DNA of 54,473 nt, taken from a virus. Lineage: Duplodnaviria > Heunggongvirae > Uroviricota > Caudoviricetes. The stretch lies in IMG/VR virus record IMGVR_UViG_2588253749_000004; one strand, 5' to 3'. This document shows positions 13,320 to 25,219 of this stretch, one piece after another. Under the pieces are notes generated by a model. It did no database searches. It was not told the origin of the DNA and saw nothing but the letters and a program-made list of their open reading frames with translations. How positions within the stretch are numbered: the stretch's first letter is position 1; every line of letters begins with the position of its first letter. The position numbers and the translations under genes are program-made.

Positions 13320-16300
13320 TACCGATATGCTCCACTTAACCGACCACCATCACGGGCCTGCTGTTGCATAAAGTCCGCTGCCGCTTTTTTCCCAAGGTCA
13401 TAAACCACCTTCAGGGCAGCCGGACCTATCTGCCCGTTCGTGCCATCGTTATTGATCTCGATGTTGTACTGCGGGGCAAACATCGCCATACCTGAACCAC
13501 CAATATCCGCCACAACCCCCAGCTTACCGTCAGCACCACGACGCAGTGGCAGAATGGCTTCAGGTCCCGCTTCCCCCATCACACCCGCGCCTTTTGCAAA
13601 AGCAAAAAACGTCGGACGGTTAACCACCGTGCCACTGTAACGACTCAAATCAGCAGACTGATAAATCCCCCCATTGGCATTCAGGGAAAGGCTGCTGAGA
13701 TCAAATCCCAGCACACTGCCAATCCCTTTTATCGATTTCATCATGGTTGCCTGCGCCAGGATTTTCGCCATATCTGACAGCACAGAAGAGGTGAAGGATT
13801 TGAAATTGAGTTTGCCGGTAGTGACAAAAGTTGCCAGGCCATTTCCCATGTTGCTGAAGGCTGACGAGAACACCTGTTCTGCTGTTCCTGCCGTATTATC
13901 TGCATCCACGGTAAAATCCTGAAATGCACGCAGGACTCCGTTTTTCCAGTTACCCTGCACAACTTCAAGCTGTTGCCAGTAACGGCGATTCTCATTCAGT
14001 TGTCGGTTCAGGCTCTCCGTCAGCGCCTGCTCGGCCTTTCTGTAGTCATCCGTGTTATATGTTCCTTTCTGCTCACTATCCCGCCTCAACTGCTCCAGCT
14101 GTTGCTGGTATTTCTGGCGAAGACTCAGTTGTACCTGATATCGCTGCCGCTGCTGATCACCCATACCCACCGTGGCGATATCCAGGTCATGTTGCTGACG
14201 CTGAGCGCGCTCTTCTTCAGCCAGTTGACTGGTCAGCTGAATTGTTTTTTTCTTCAGCTCGTTGAGTGCCGTCTGTTTCTGAAGCTCCTGCTGTTTTACA
14301 TCCAGCAGCGTCAGTGCCTGAATCAGTTCATCTTTACGGGCCAGCACACTCTTTTCATCTGCCGTCAGTTTTTTCCCGTCCAGGTCGCTGATGCGCTGCT
14401 GCAGAGCCAGAAGCTGTTTATGCGCTTCTGTCATCCTTTCCGTGGCAATGCCTGCTGACTGTCTGGCAGCAGCAATCTGTCCTTCCACCTGTGCCTGTTG
14501 CTGACTGTACTGCAGCAATAACCGGGTGGCCTCATCATTACGGGGTTCGCGTGTTTTTTTCTTACCGGATGCCAGGGCTTTCTCGTAACGTTCATTTTCA
14601 CGTTGTATCGCTGCATCCCTGACAGCCTGATCGGCGTACTGCATGGAATTAATACGCGCAATTTCACGCTGATGTCGTGCTGCTTCCGTTTCATTCATCC
14701 GGTTCAGTGCAGCATTTTCAGCATTACGTCGTTTCTGTTGCTCCTGATAATTCCGCTCTGCCTGCTCTTTTGCATCCTGCAAATCCTTCTGGCGTTTTTT
14801 CTCCTGAAGATCGTTAAGACGCTGCTGATCGTATTCAACCTGAGAAGATGATGCCGTCCAGGGGAGTCTTTTCGCCCGCGACACTTTCTCCTGTAAAGCG
14901 GCAATCTGTTCATCCAGCGAGTCTTCACGACCAATATTCATGGCCGCATCCCAGAAACGACTCCACAAATCAGACAGATACTTCAGCGTACTGCCAAGCG
15001 CATTGAGGTTATTATCAATATCCGCAGTACGCCGACCGGTTTCCTCTGCCAGTGCAGACATGGCTATCCGTGCAGCATCACTGGACCGTCCCTGATCCCC
15101 AAGGACACGTATCTGCTCAAGCTGAGTGGCAGTAAGAAAATGCAGCTCATTGTCCAGAGCCTTCGCGGCATTTACAGGATCATCCTTCAGCCGCTTAAAC
15201 TGATTTATGGTATCGCTGACCGACTGGCCAACCGATCGCTCCATCTGTGCGGCAGCTCTCGCCACCATACCGATATCGTTTCCACGAAATGCACCACTCC
15301 CCACCACCTGAGCCAGCGCACCGGCTGCAGCATGTTGCGTGATACCATTCCCGGAAATAGCACGACTGAGCGTCCACAGCTGCCCGGCAGTGACTCCGGC
15401 ATAATGCCCCGTCAGCGACAACTGGCGGTTAAATTCTTCCCCCTCCTTCTGACCGTCATACCAGGCTTTACCCAGACCATAGACGGACGCGGCAATACCG
15501 CCAATAACCCCGCCAAGCATCATGCCTTTCGGTGACATCAGAGTGTCTATCCATCCGGCACGGTTAGCCAGCGTTATCCCGGATCCCCTCAGCGCCCCTA
15601 AATTGCCGCGGGCCAGTTCACCTATCAGAACGCCAATCTCCTGGCGGGCCGCTGCACTTTTCAGACCCAGCGAATGCGTGGCTTTTCCTGCCTGCTCCAT
15701 TTTGCGGATATACACTTCTGCAGCACTGCTTACCCCCAGCTGGGCAGCCTTAGCACGAAGCAACTCAGAAGAAGAAAGATTCTGGCGGGTTGCCTGCTCT
15801 TTAAGCTGACGGATAAACGCCACTTTCTGTCGGGTAGCCTCTTCCTCAGCCTGCGTAAGAACACGGGTTTTCGCCGTAACCTCAGAAATCAGCGCCAGAT
15901 AATCCTGCTGACCAATCCCGCCACTGTTTCTGGCCTGTCGGATCTGCTGCTGAATACGCTGTAATTCCTGCAGCCCCGCACTGGCCTGTTTCACACTGTC
16001 AATCTGACGATAAAACGCGGCAGCCGCTTTATCCTGAGCCTCCGCCAGAGCCATGGCCTGCGCCTGTTCCTCGCGCATTTTCTGGCTCAGTGCCTCCATA
16101 CGCTGGCGGGTTTGCTCCACCTCGCGGGCCATGCGTTCATGAGCCTGTGCGCTCTTCTCCACCGTCTGCGCATGGACGGATGCGGCTGTTGCAGCCGAAG
16201 AAGCCGCCTGCATTGTCTGCCGGGCGGCCTGAGTCTGACGCTCCATAAAACGCTGCATACGGGCAGAAGACCGTTCTGCATCGCTGGCTGCACCATTCAG

Positions 16301-16414
16301 AAGGTTTTTGATACGGGGAATTTCATTTTTAAACTCTGCCGCATCAATCCCCAAATCAATGACCAAGTTGGCTATCTGGTCCATAACGCACACCTCCGGA
16401 AATACCTTCCCCAA
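13319..16414 (-). CDS. H: Tail tape measure protein H
   Basis: 1031 aa, coiled-coil/Gln-Ala rich, downstream of G/T. Confidence 0.9.
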   Translation of the reverse strand: MGKVFPEVCVMDQIANLVIDLGIDAAEFKNEIPRIKNLLNGAASDAERSSARMQRFMERQTQAARQTMQAASSAATAASVHAQTVEKSAQAHERMAREVEQTRQRMEALSQKMREEQAQAMALAEAQDKAAAAFYRQIDSVKQASAGLQELQRIQQQIRQARNSGGIGQQDYLALISEVTAKTRVLTQAEEEATRQKVAFIRQLKEQATRQNLSSSELLRAKAAQLGVSSAAEVYIRKMEQAGKATHSLGLKSAAARQEIGVLIGELARGNLGALRGSGITLANRAGWIDTLMSPKGMMLGGVIGGIAASVYGLGKAWYDGQKEGEEFNRQLSLTGHYAGVTAGQLWTLSRAISGNGITQHAAAGALAQVVGSGAFRGNDIGMVARAAAQMERSVGQSVSDTINQFKRLKDDPVNAAKALDNELHFLTATQLEQIRVLGDQGRSSDAARIAMSALAEETGRRTADIDNNLNALGSTLKYLSDLWSRFWDAAMNIGREDSLDEQIAALQEKVSRAKRLPWTASSSQVEYDQQRLNDLQEKKRQKDLQDAKEQAERNYQEQQKRRNAENAALNRMNETEAARHQREIARINSMQYADQAVRDAAIQRENERYEKALASGKKKTREPRNDEATRLLLQYSQQQAQVEGQIAAARQSAGIATERMTEAHKQLLALQQRISDLDGKKLTADEKSVLARKDELIQALTLLDVKQQELQKQTALNELKKKTIQLTSQLAEEERAQRQQHDLDIATVGMGDQQRQRYQVQLSLRQKYQQQLEQLRRDSEQKGTYNTDDYRKAEQALTESLNRQLNENRRYWQQLEVVQGNWKNGVLRAFQDFTVDADNTAGTAEQVFSSAFSNMGNGLATFVTTGKLNFKSFTSSVLSDMAKILAQATMMKSIKGIGSVLGFDLSSLSLNANGGIYQSADLSRYSGTVVNRPTFFAFAKGAGVMGEAGPEAILPLRRGADGKLGVVADIGGSGMAMFAPQYNIEINNDGTNGQIGPAALKVVYDLGKKAAADFMQQQARDGGRLSGAYR

Positions 16415-16718
16415 GATGCATCAGTTCTTCGTCCGTTCGCTCCGGTATCCCGTTCTCTTCCGGTAAAAGGCTGAAATCAGCCACCGCAGCATCACTGCTA
16501 CCGGACACCATTCTCACGATCAATGCCTTCAGCGAGGCAAACTGCGCATCCATCCACACATCACTGAAGCTCTGCATCCGGAAATAATCGCCCCACTCAC
16601 CAAGCTCAGTGGCCGACATTTCCGACAGCATCCGCCGCCAGTCTGCCCGCCGGAACTCCCGGGCAAGCCGCATGACAAACTGCATTTCCCGCGTCAGGAC
16701 TTTTCCGGCGTCAGCACC
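16356..16718 (-). CDS. T: Tail assembly chaperone T portion (expressed as a G-T fusion by -1 frameshift)
   Basis: The -1 frame is open from 16718 to 16356 and overlaps the G 3' end; a GGAAAAG slip-like motif sits at 16700-16706, just before the G stop. Confidence 0.7.
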   Translation of the reverse strand, partial: GADAGKVLTREMQFVMRLAREFRRADWRRMLSEMSATELGEWGDYFRMQSFSDVWMDAQFASLKALIVRMVSGSSDAAVADFSLLPEENGIPERTDEELMHLGEGISGGVRYGPDSQLGH

Positions 16719-17122
16719 TCATGCTCCAAATCCCCGGCATTCTCAATGACTCCCATACCGCTCAGCGACAGAACCATCTCCGCCCCCGCTCCCAGGGCAT
16801 CATACGACCATGTTGTAATAACGGATGCGCAAAGCGTCTCAACATCCTGAGACTGTTCCGCATTCCACAGTGAGCGGGAAACCAGCCAGGCATTGATATC
16901 CATCCCCATCCGCAGAAAAGCAATCTGTCGTTCAGCCTCCGGCAGTTCTCCCTCTTCGGCATCAAACTTTGCCGTTCGCTGCTGAACAAACGCCAGATAT
17001 TCAATTCTCTGCAGCCCGGACAGCTCACTGAGCACCACGGACTGCTTTTCATAATTAAACGTGCCCTGTTTCAGAAACATCATGTTCTCCACCTGCAAAA
17101 AAGCCCCGGATAACCGGGGCAA
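16694..17122 (-). CDS. G: Tail assembly chaperone G
   Basis: 142 aa between V and H; ends ...TPEKS immediately after the slip motif. Confidence 0.8.
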   Translation of the reverse strand: MPRLSGAFLQVENMMFLKQGTFNYEKQSVVLSELSGLQRIEYLAFVQQRTAKFDAEEGELPEAERQIAFLRMGMDINAWLVSRSLWNAEQSQDVETLCASVITTWSYDALGAGAEMVLSLSGMGVIENAGDLEHEVLTPEKS

Positions 17123-17140
17123 ATGATGAGTATCGTCCTG

Positions 17141-17890
17141 TTAACCTGCGGCGCTGACAGCCACCGCAGCCACTGCCACAAAATCGCCGTCAGAAGTCAT
17201 GCCCACAATGCTGACACTGCCCTGCTTCACGCCTTTCACCGTGGCCACAAGCCCGTTCAGGGTCACCGTGGCAGTCTGTGGATCTGTCGAATGCACACTG
17301 ATCGCTTTGTCACTGGCTCCGTCAGGTTTTACTGTAAAGGTCAGCGTGGTGGTTGCTCCCACTTTTACACTGGCAGATGCCGGTGCCACCGTCAGCCCGG
17401 TAACGCTCACTGTTTCAGTGCCTTCCTCTGCCAGATACGGACGCCCCACACCGCTGATTTTCACTGTGCGGGTCATCACGTCTTTTGAGGCAATGGTTTT
17501 ACCCAGTGAGCTCAGCCAGCCACGGAAAACATCAACAGTGCCGTTGGGATATTTGATACGAAACGCGCAGACTTCACCGGAGTCGAACAACTGAACCAGT
17601 TTTTTCTGCCCGCTGTCACCCGGACGCCAGGCCAGCGTCGCCGAAGTATCACCGACGGATTTCTGCCCCTGGGTTGTCGTTTTCCAGTCTGCATCTTCAT
17701 CATCGAGATAAGTGTCATCTTCTGCATCAGCGGTCATTTCGCCAGGTTGCAGATCCTTCACCATCGCAAGACGCAGCCAGTCAGTGTCCGATAAAGGGTT
17801 CGCAAACGCATCGCCCTTGCCGGTGTACATCCAGAACGTCGTTCCCGCACCTTTCGTTTTTGCCAGTGGATTTGGTGTGGTCATTGCCAC
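17141..17890 (-). CDS. V: Major tail protein V with C-terminal Ig-like domain
   Basis: 249 aa (lambda gpV is 246); C-terminal Big_2-like region; synteny. Confidence 0.9.
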   Translation of the reverse strand: MAMTTPNPLAKTKGAGTTFWMYTGKGDAFANPLSDTDWLRLAMVKDLQPGEMTADAEDDTYLDDEDADWKTTTQGQKSVGDTSATLAWRPGDSGQKKLVQLFDSGEVCAFRIKYPNGTVDVFRGWLSSLGKTIASKDVMTRTVKISGVGRPYLAEEGTETVSVTGLTVAPASASVKVGATTTLTFTVKPDGASDKAISVHSTDPQTATVTLNGLVATVKGVKQGSVSIVGMTSDGDFVAVAAVAVSAAG

Positions 17891-17895
17891 CTCCT

Positions 17896-18309
17896 TTAAT
17901 TCGTGTACGTGATCTGGTACGTGATTTCCGCCATCGCCCAGGTGGCCATCTCATTATCACGTTGATAGTTAAAACCGAGAGGGATCAGGGTGTCGATGAG
18001 TCCGGAAAGTGCCGGTATATCATTCAGGGCCGGGAAAATGGTGCTCTCCATCCACATATCCAGCTCTGAATCCGGTGCCTGTGCCCGGATGAAGACAGCA
18101 ATATGCAGAACAGCCTGCCAGTCATCTTCATCCGTCATTTTTCCGGTGTACTGAGCATCACTCAGCCACACCGCCACGGCAGGCAGTTCCTGCGCATCAA
18201 TAAATGCCGGAAGCCCGTCAAAAAACGTGGCGCTGTCTCCACACTGTTCCCGAAGGCGTGCCAGTACGGCCTGGCGGATTTGTGTATGTCGGTTCATCGG
18301 GTCAGCCAT
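17896..18309 (-). CDS. U: Tail terminator protein U
   Basis: About 133-137 aa immediately upstream of V. Confidence 0.8.
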   Translation of the reverse strand: MADPMNRHTQIRQAVLARLREQCGDSATFFDGLPAFIDAQELPAVAVWLSDAQYTGKMTDEDDWQAVLHIAVFIRAQAPDSELDMWMESTIFPALNDIPALSGLIDTLIPLGFNYQRDNEMATWAMAEITYQITYTN

Positions 18310-18872
18310 AACCTCAGTTGTTGTTTCAGTGCATACCCCAGCTGTTTCGGCATTTCCGCAGCAATAATGCGGTCGCGGGCATCTTCAAATGCCTGTGTCA
18401 GCGGTCCGGACAGCGGGACTTTCACCACATCAATGGGGTAACGATTTTTGCCATCAATACGCCGCATCACATGCCAGCGACCATTCGCCAGTTGCTGAAT
18501 AAACGCATCCCGGAAAAGATATTTACCCACCTTCAGCACACTGCCACGGTACTGCAGTTTTCCACCACGCCGGGCCAGTCTGACCCGGGCTGTCCCCAGC
18601 TTAATAGCGGGCAGATTGCCCCGGTTAACGCGGATCCTGGCCGTCATTTTTCCTGACGGACTGGCTTTAAACACCCGGACACGCTGACGTACCAGTTTCA
18701 GGGGGATCCCTTTCACCTGGTTATCTCCCGCAACGGTATTCCCGGCAACCTGCCGGGTGGCGACCGAGACCGCTTTCTGTGCCACACGGTTTATCGCCCA
18801 TGCGCTGGCCTGTGGCACCATACGGGTATCAAGGCTGTTCAGATTACGGATGGCATTCTCAAGCCCCTTCAT
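18294..18872 (-). CDS. Z: Tail completion / head-tail adaptor protein Z-like
   Basis: 192 aa (same as lambda gpZ); position between the FII-like gene and U. Confidence 0.7.
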   Translation of the reverse strand: MKGLENAIRNLNSLDTRMVPQASAWAINRVAQKAVSVATRQVAGNTVAGDNQVKGIPLKLVRQRVRVFKASPSGKMTARIRVNRGNLPAIKLGTARVRLARRGGKLQYRGSVLKVGKYLFRDAFIQQLANGRWHVMRRIDGKNRYPIDVVKVPLSGPLTQAFEDARDRIIAAEMPKQLGYALKQQLRLWLTR

Positions 18873-18883
18873 CCCACACCTCT

Positions 18884-19159
18884 TTACTCAATAAAGATCA
18901 TTGGCTTACCGTTAAAACGTTCATGCCGTGTGACCGTCCATTGTTGTCCGTCATAAACAACGCGATCCCCGCGCCGTGGGCGGTATCCCGAAGAAAACAC
19001 CACCAGAGAGACCGCAGGTCCGGACAGAGCATTCAGCTCTGCCAGTGTTTCTCCCGGGATCACAGTCATATCGACATCATTAATCGAGGCTGTCTTTCCC
19101 ATCTTTCTAACCGTGATAGCATCCATACGCGCTGCCAGCCGGGAAAAGGGATCAGACAT
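18884..19159 (-). CDS. Head-tail connector protein (FII-like head closure)
   Basis: 91 aa; position after the capsid genes and before Z. Confidence 0.55.
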   Translation of the reverse strand: MSDPFSRLAARMDAITVRKMGKTASINDVDMTVIPGETLAELNALSGPAVSLVVFSSGYRPRRGDRVVYDGQQWTVTRHERFNGKPMIFIE

Positions 19160-19475
19160 TGAGTTTTACCGGCACTTCTTCTGCACTGGTTCCGGCATCT
19201 GCCCAGACAACCCCGACCAGCGGATCAGAGCCGCTGTTAGTCAGCTGAACTTTTCCGGACTTCAGATAAACCTTCTTACCCGTTTTCATGTCATCCGTTT
19301 TCAGCTTAGGCAGCATAAACACACCTTCGGTCATGCCGTCGCCTGTTTCACCCTGTGGAATATCGGTCAGCGCCACCGCAAAAACATCGCCCACCTGCAC
19401 CAGATCTCCGCTGCTGATGGCTGCACTGGCAACAATCGCCACCGTTTTTCCTTCTTCTACAAAATTCTTTGCCAT
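19152..19475 (-). CDS. Small head-associated protein (DUF2190-like; possible decoration protein)
   Basis: About 107 aa from the internal Met MAKNFVEEG; lies directly downstream of the capsid gene. Function is inferred from position only. Confidence 0.45.
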   Translation of the reverse strand: MAKNFVEEGKTVAIVASAAISSGDLVQVGDVFAVALTDIPQGETGDGMTEGVFMLPKLKTDDMKTGKKVYLKSGKVQLTNSGSDPLVGVVWADAGTSAEEVPVKLNV

Positions 19476-19561
19476 AACTGTCTCCGCACAGCCCCGTTCA
19501 GGGGCTGATTTCAGGTACAAAAAAAGCCCTTACGGGCCATCAGAGTTGTTGTCTGCGACGT

Positions 19562-21520
19562 TTACGCCGTACATTTCACCAGACCGCGGTGATCAACTGG
19601 CGCGACACCGGCGTCAATACGCACTTTCGTTGTCACGCCATCCACACTGAAGCCCTCCATCTGATCAATATATGGCGTATCCACACCGTTGAGATAAGCC
19701 ACTTCAATCGTATCGGAGCCTTTTGACGCAGCCAGGTAGAAGGTGGTCTGGCTGTTATCATCAAGACGAGGCTCTGCAATAACGGTCGCAAAATCTTTCA
19801 CCGGGTTAATAATACCGGCGTTAATGTCAGCCCCCTTGACACTTGAGGAGCGAATGACCTGGTTAGCAACAGACTCCATCGCCGTCGGTACCAGTACGAA
19901 CGCAGGACGAATATTCAGATGACGCTCCCCCTCTTTCTGAACGCGCATCAACTGGCGGGCTTTATCCAGCGATGCCACGTCCATTGCAGCGCTCTCCAGT
20001 ACGTTTGCATGTTTCGCTTTATCGAACAGACTTACATTATCTGTGGAGATTTTCGGGTTAGACGTCAGAATGGCATAAACCAGATCGGCAATAGTGGATT
20101 TCGCCGCACGGCCCAGTTTCATCGGGACATCGGTCAGCATATTCAGATCATCATTGATAATGGCCTGACGGGTGATACTGAACAGCTCGCCATAGGTCGC
20201 CAGTGCAATAGTGGCCTGTTTATCTCCGGTGGTGACGTATTTATATTCCGCCCCTTCACGCACCTGACGTAGAGCACTGAAGCCCCCCATACCCACACGA
20301 TGGGCAATTTTAAAATCAGACAACTGACCTTTCCGCGTCCACTGTTCATAGGTTTCAGGGGCATCTTCCCAGCCCTGCAGAATGGCTTTGTTCGCAACAT
20401 CCAGCAGAATATTACCGAAGTCAGACGTACTGTGTGTGAACGCCGCACCGACCATCTGCATCGGGTTATAACCGGAAACCCCAATACCCCGTTCAGTTAG
20501 TGACATACGGGCATATTCACGCAGGGTCATCCCGTTGTAGACATTATCACGTTCGGTTTTTTCAAATCCGGCACGCGCCATCAGCGCCTGGCGAATCCCG
20601 TCCCCCACAAAATTACCGTTACCGGCATAAATATGAGCCGGGGTATTTTTATTGGATGGCGTGGACTCGCGCCCCATCTCGTTCAACAGCTTTTCACGGG
20701 CCTGCTCCAGCGAACATTCAGGATCGGCAAGACACTGGGCCTGCAGCGTCTGATAACGCCCGCCAAACATGGCAAACAGATCATTAATACCGTTTACACG
20801 CGCTTTTTGCTCTGCCAGTACCTGCGCACGGATACTGTTTTCATCCACCACGGGTGCTGCTGCCTGCACTGGCGTCCGGGAGGCTGCAGGTTCATCATCC
20901 TGTACGCGTGGAGCACTGTTGCGTGGCGGAGTAATCATGTTTCGAATGGATTCCGGCATCTTTTTAAATTCCTCTGTACGTTTTGACTGAATACATGCCA
21001 TTGCCTTAACGGCTGGTGTCACCTGATCAGCAAATCCCTGTGCCAGACATTCGGCACCGGACATCCAGGTCTCATCCGCCAGCATGGCAGCAATTTCATC
21101 GGTGGTTTTCCCGGTTTTCTGTGCATAAGCGGGTAACAGAACCGCCTCAACTTTATCGAGCAGGTCGGCATAGGTGCGCATGTCCTCCGCATCACCGCCC
21201 GTAAAGCCAAATGGTTTATGAATCATCATGAAGGAGTTTTCCGGCATAATGACCGGGTTTCCCACCATCGCAATGACCGACGCCATTGACGCCGCCACAC
21301 CGTCGACATAAACGGTAATGGACGCACCATGTGTTTTCAGTGCATTAAAAATGGCGATGCCTTCAAAGACATCGCCACCCGGTGAATTAATATGGAGATT
21401 AATGTGGGTGATATCGCCCAGTGCATTCAGATCACTGATAAACTGCTTCGCTGTAACACCCCAGAAACCAATCTCGTCATAAATATAAATATCCGCGTCA
21501 CTCTGGTGACCTGCCTGCAT
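19562..21520 (-). CDS. Prohead protease (ClpP-like S14) fused to a major capsid protein
   Basis: About 652 aa from the Met at ~21520. The N-terminal domain has ClpP-like motifs (INSPGGDVFEGIAIFNALK ... MASVIAMVG); the large C-terminal domain sits in the capsid position. Resembles the Gifsy-2-type fusion. Confidence 0.8.
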   Translation of the reverse strand: MQAGHQSDADIYIYDEIGFWGVTAKQFISDLNALGDITHINLHINSPGGDVFEGIAIFNALKTHGASITVYVDGVAASMASVIAMVGNPVIMPENSFMMIHKPFGFTGGDAEDMRTYADLLDKVEAVLLPAYAQKTGKTTDEIAAMLADETWMSGAECLAQGFADQVTPAVKAMACIQSKRTEEFKKMPESIRNMITPPRNSAPRVQDDEPAASRTPVQAAAPVVDENSIRAQVLAEQKARVNGINDLFAMFGGRYQTLQAQCLADPECSLEQAREKLLNEMGRESTPSNKNTPAHIYAGNGNFVGDGIRQALMARAGFEKTERDNVYNGMTLREYARMSLTERGIGVSGYNPMQMVGAAFTHSTSDFGNILLDVANKAILQGWEDAPETYEQWTRKGQLSDFKIAHRVGMGGFSALRQVREGAEYKYVTTGDKQATIALATYGELFSITRQAIINDDLNMLTDVPMKLGRAAKSTIADLVYAILTSNPKISTDNVSLFDKAKHANVLESAAMDVASLDKARQLMRVQKEGERHLNIRPAFVLVPTAMESVANQVIRSSSVKGADINAGIINPVKDFATVIAEPRLDDNSQTTFYLAASKGSDTIEVAYLNGVDTPYIDQMEGFSVDGVTTKVRIDAGVAPVDHRGLVKCTA

Positions 21521-21848
21521 CCTGAACCAGGAATTATTCTTCGGACTGGTCGTCGGTGTGCTGCGGCTCCTGTCGTTTCGTTGCGGCACTGCTGCCTCCT
21601 TTATCACTGGCCGGATCGGTATCAAATACCAGATCCAGCTTGCGGTTTTCATCAATTTCGGCCTTGCGCCGACGTTTGACATCATCCGGATTACGACCAC
21701 CTGCACGTACCCAGTCTGATTCTGTCGCCGCTCCACCACGAATCTGAATTTTCCAGGCCTCAGCCTCCTTAACAGGGTCAATCCACGGCATCACCGGTCC
21801 GGAATACACCGCGGTATACAGTGAAGAACGATCAAGATCGCGGGGTAG

Positions 21849-24015
<2,167 letters not shown>

Positions 24016-25000
24016 TTACGAAAAGTTTCAAGGTTAGGATTGGGACGATCCGACTTCACCATTCCGATTTCTTCGCCGGGTTTCAGATCGTCGTAAATAA
24101 TGCCTGGCTGAATGGTAAGCTCGCGTTCATTCTCCTTGCTGCCATTACCATCCGGTTCATAGCTCTGCCCGTCGCCTTTCCGGATGTACATCCCCAGAGC
24201 AGCGGCGATCCTTGCTGCAGTCAGCTCAGAATCTTCATACTCTTTCAGGGCACTGAGGCGGATCAGCACACCGGACAACAAAGACGTCCCGCGCATCTGG
24301 TGCAGACGGCGAACAAATTTAAGATGCAGCATTCGCTCTGCATCCACTTCTTTGGTTTCCATCTGCCGCCCGGATACGGGACGGCTTTTATACACCAGAT
24401 ATTTTTCGGGACGCCCCCAGTCATCAACAAACACGCCCTGATTCAGCCTGTTGCTCTCATCACTGGTCATGGGAATAAAGTCCGGCTCGAGCGCCTCCAG
24501 CCAGAAATGAACACCGGCAGAAGGCGTCAGGCTGTTTATGCGCCCGGAAACCATCTGGGCAAACACCTCACCATCGCGCAGCCAGGTACGCAGCATCAGA
24601 CGTTCCAGCATCGGACGGGTAAACTGCCCGGTGACTTCCGGACTGACAGACCATTCACTCCATCGGGTGCGTATCTCCGCTGCCAGATCACGGGCAATGG
24701 CCCCATTGCGTAATACCGGATGTGGCTCGACAATAATCCCGTTTTTCCCCACCACCCGTTCTTCCAGCTTGTCAAATACACCAATAACCAGATCGTGGTT
24801 GTTATCAAGGTAACGGGCCTGCTCACGTAACGACACGGCCCCGTACTGGCTTAACTGGTCGGCAGTTCGGTTTTCCCGCCGGGCTTTGTGTGTCCGTGTC
24901 GTTTTTACGGCCTCATAAGCCTGGATCACCGCACGGGAACGCAGCCTTGCCGCTTTCCATCCTGGTGAAAAAACGCCAATCACATCATCAAGAATTGCCA

Positions 25001-25219
25001 TCAGAACCTCGCCAGCCGGTACCCGGGATGCCCCCGTCGTCGTGTAATCAGAGCCGCAAGGCGGCGCTCCCACTCCTGCCGTCCCTGCCGGATCTCAGAT
25101 AAGTTTTCCATGGTCATCTGCTGACCATTAAAGGTGACGGATTTTCCGTCCAGCACCGCCATTTCAGCTTCCGTATAACGCTGAATCATGGCTTCGATAT
25201 CATTCTGGTTCATAACCAT
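25001..25219 (-). CDS. W: Head-tail joining protein W
   Basis: About 70 aa between terminase A and portal. Confidence 0.7.
   Translation of the reverse strand: MVMNQNDIEAMIQRYTEAEMAVLDGKSVTFNGQQMTMENLSEIRQGRQEWERRLAALITRRRGHPGYRLARF

Noticed and set aside
20143-20990. Multiple short ORFs on both strands within the protease-capsid gene
   Set aside because: Nested inside a strongly supported 652-aa coding region.
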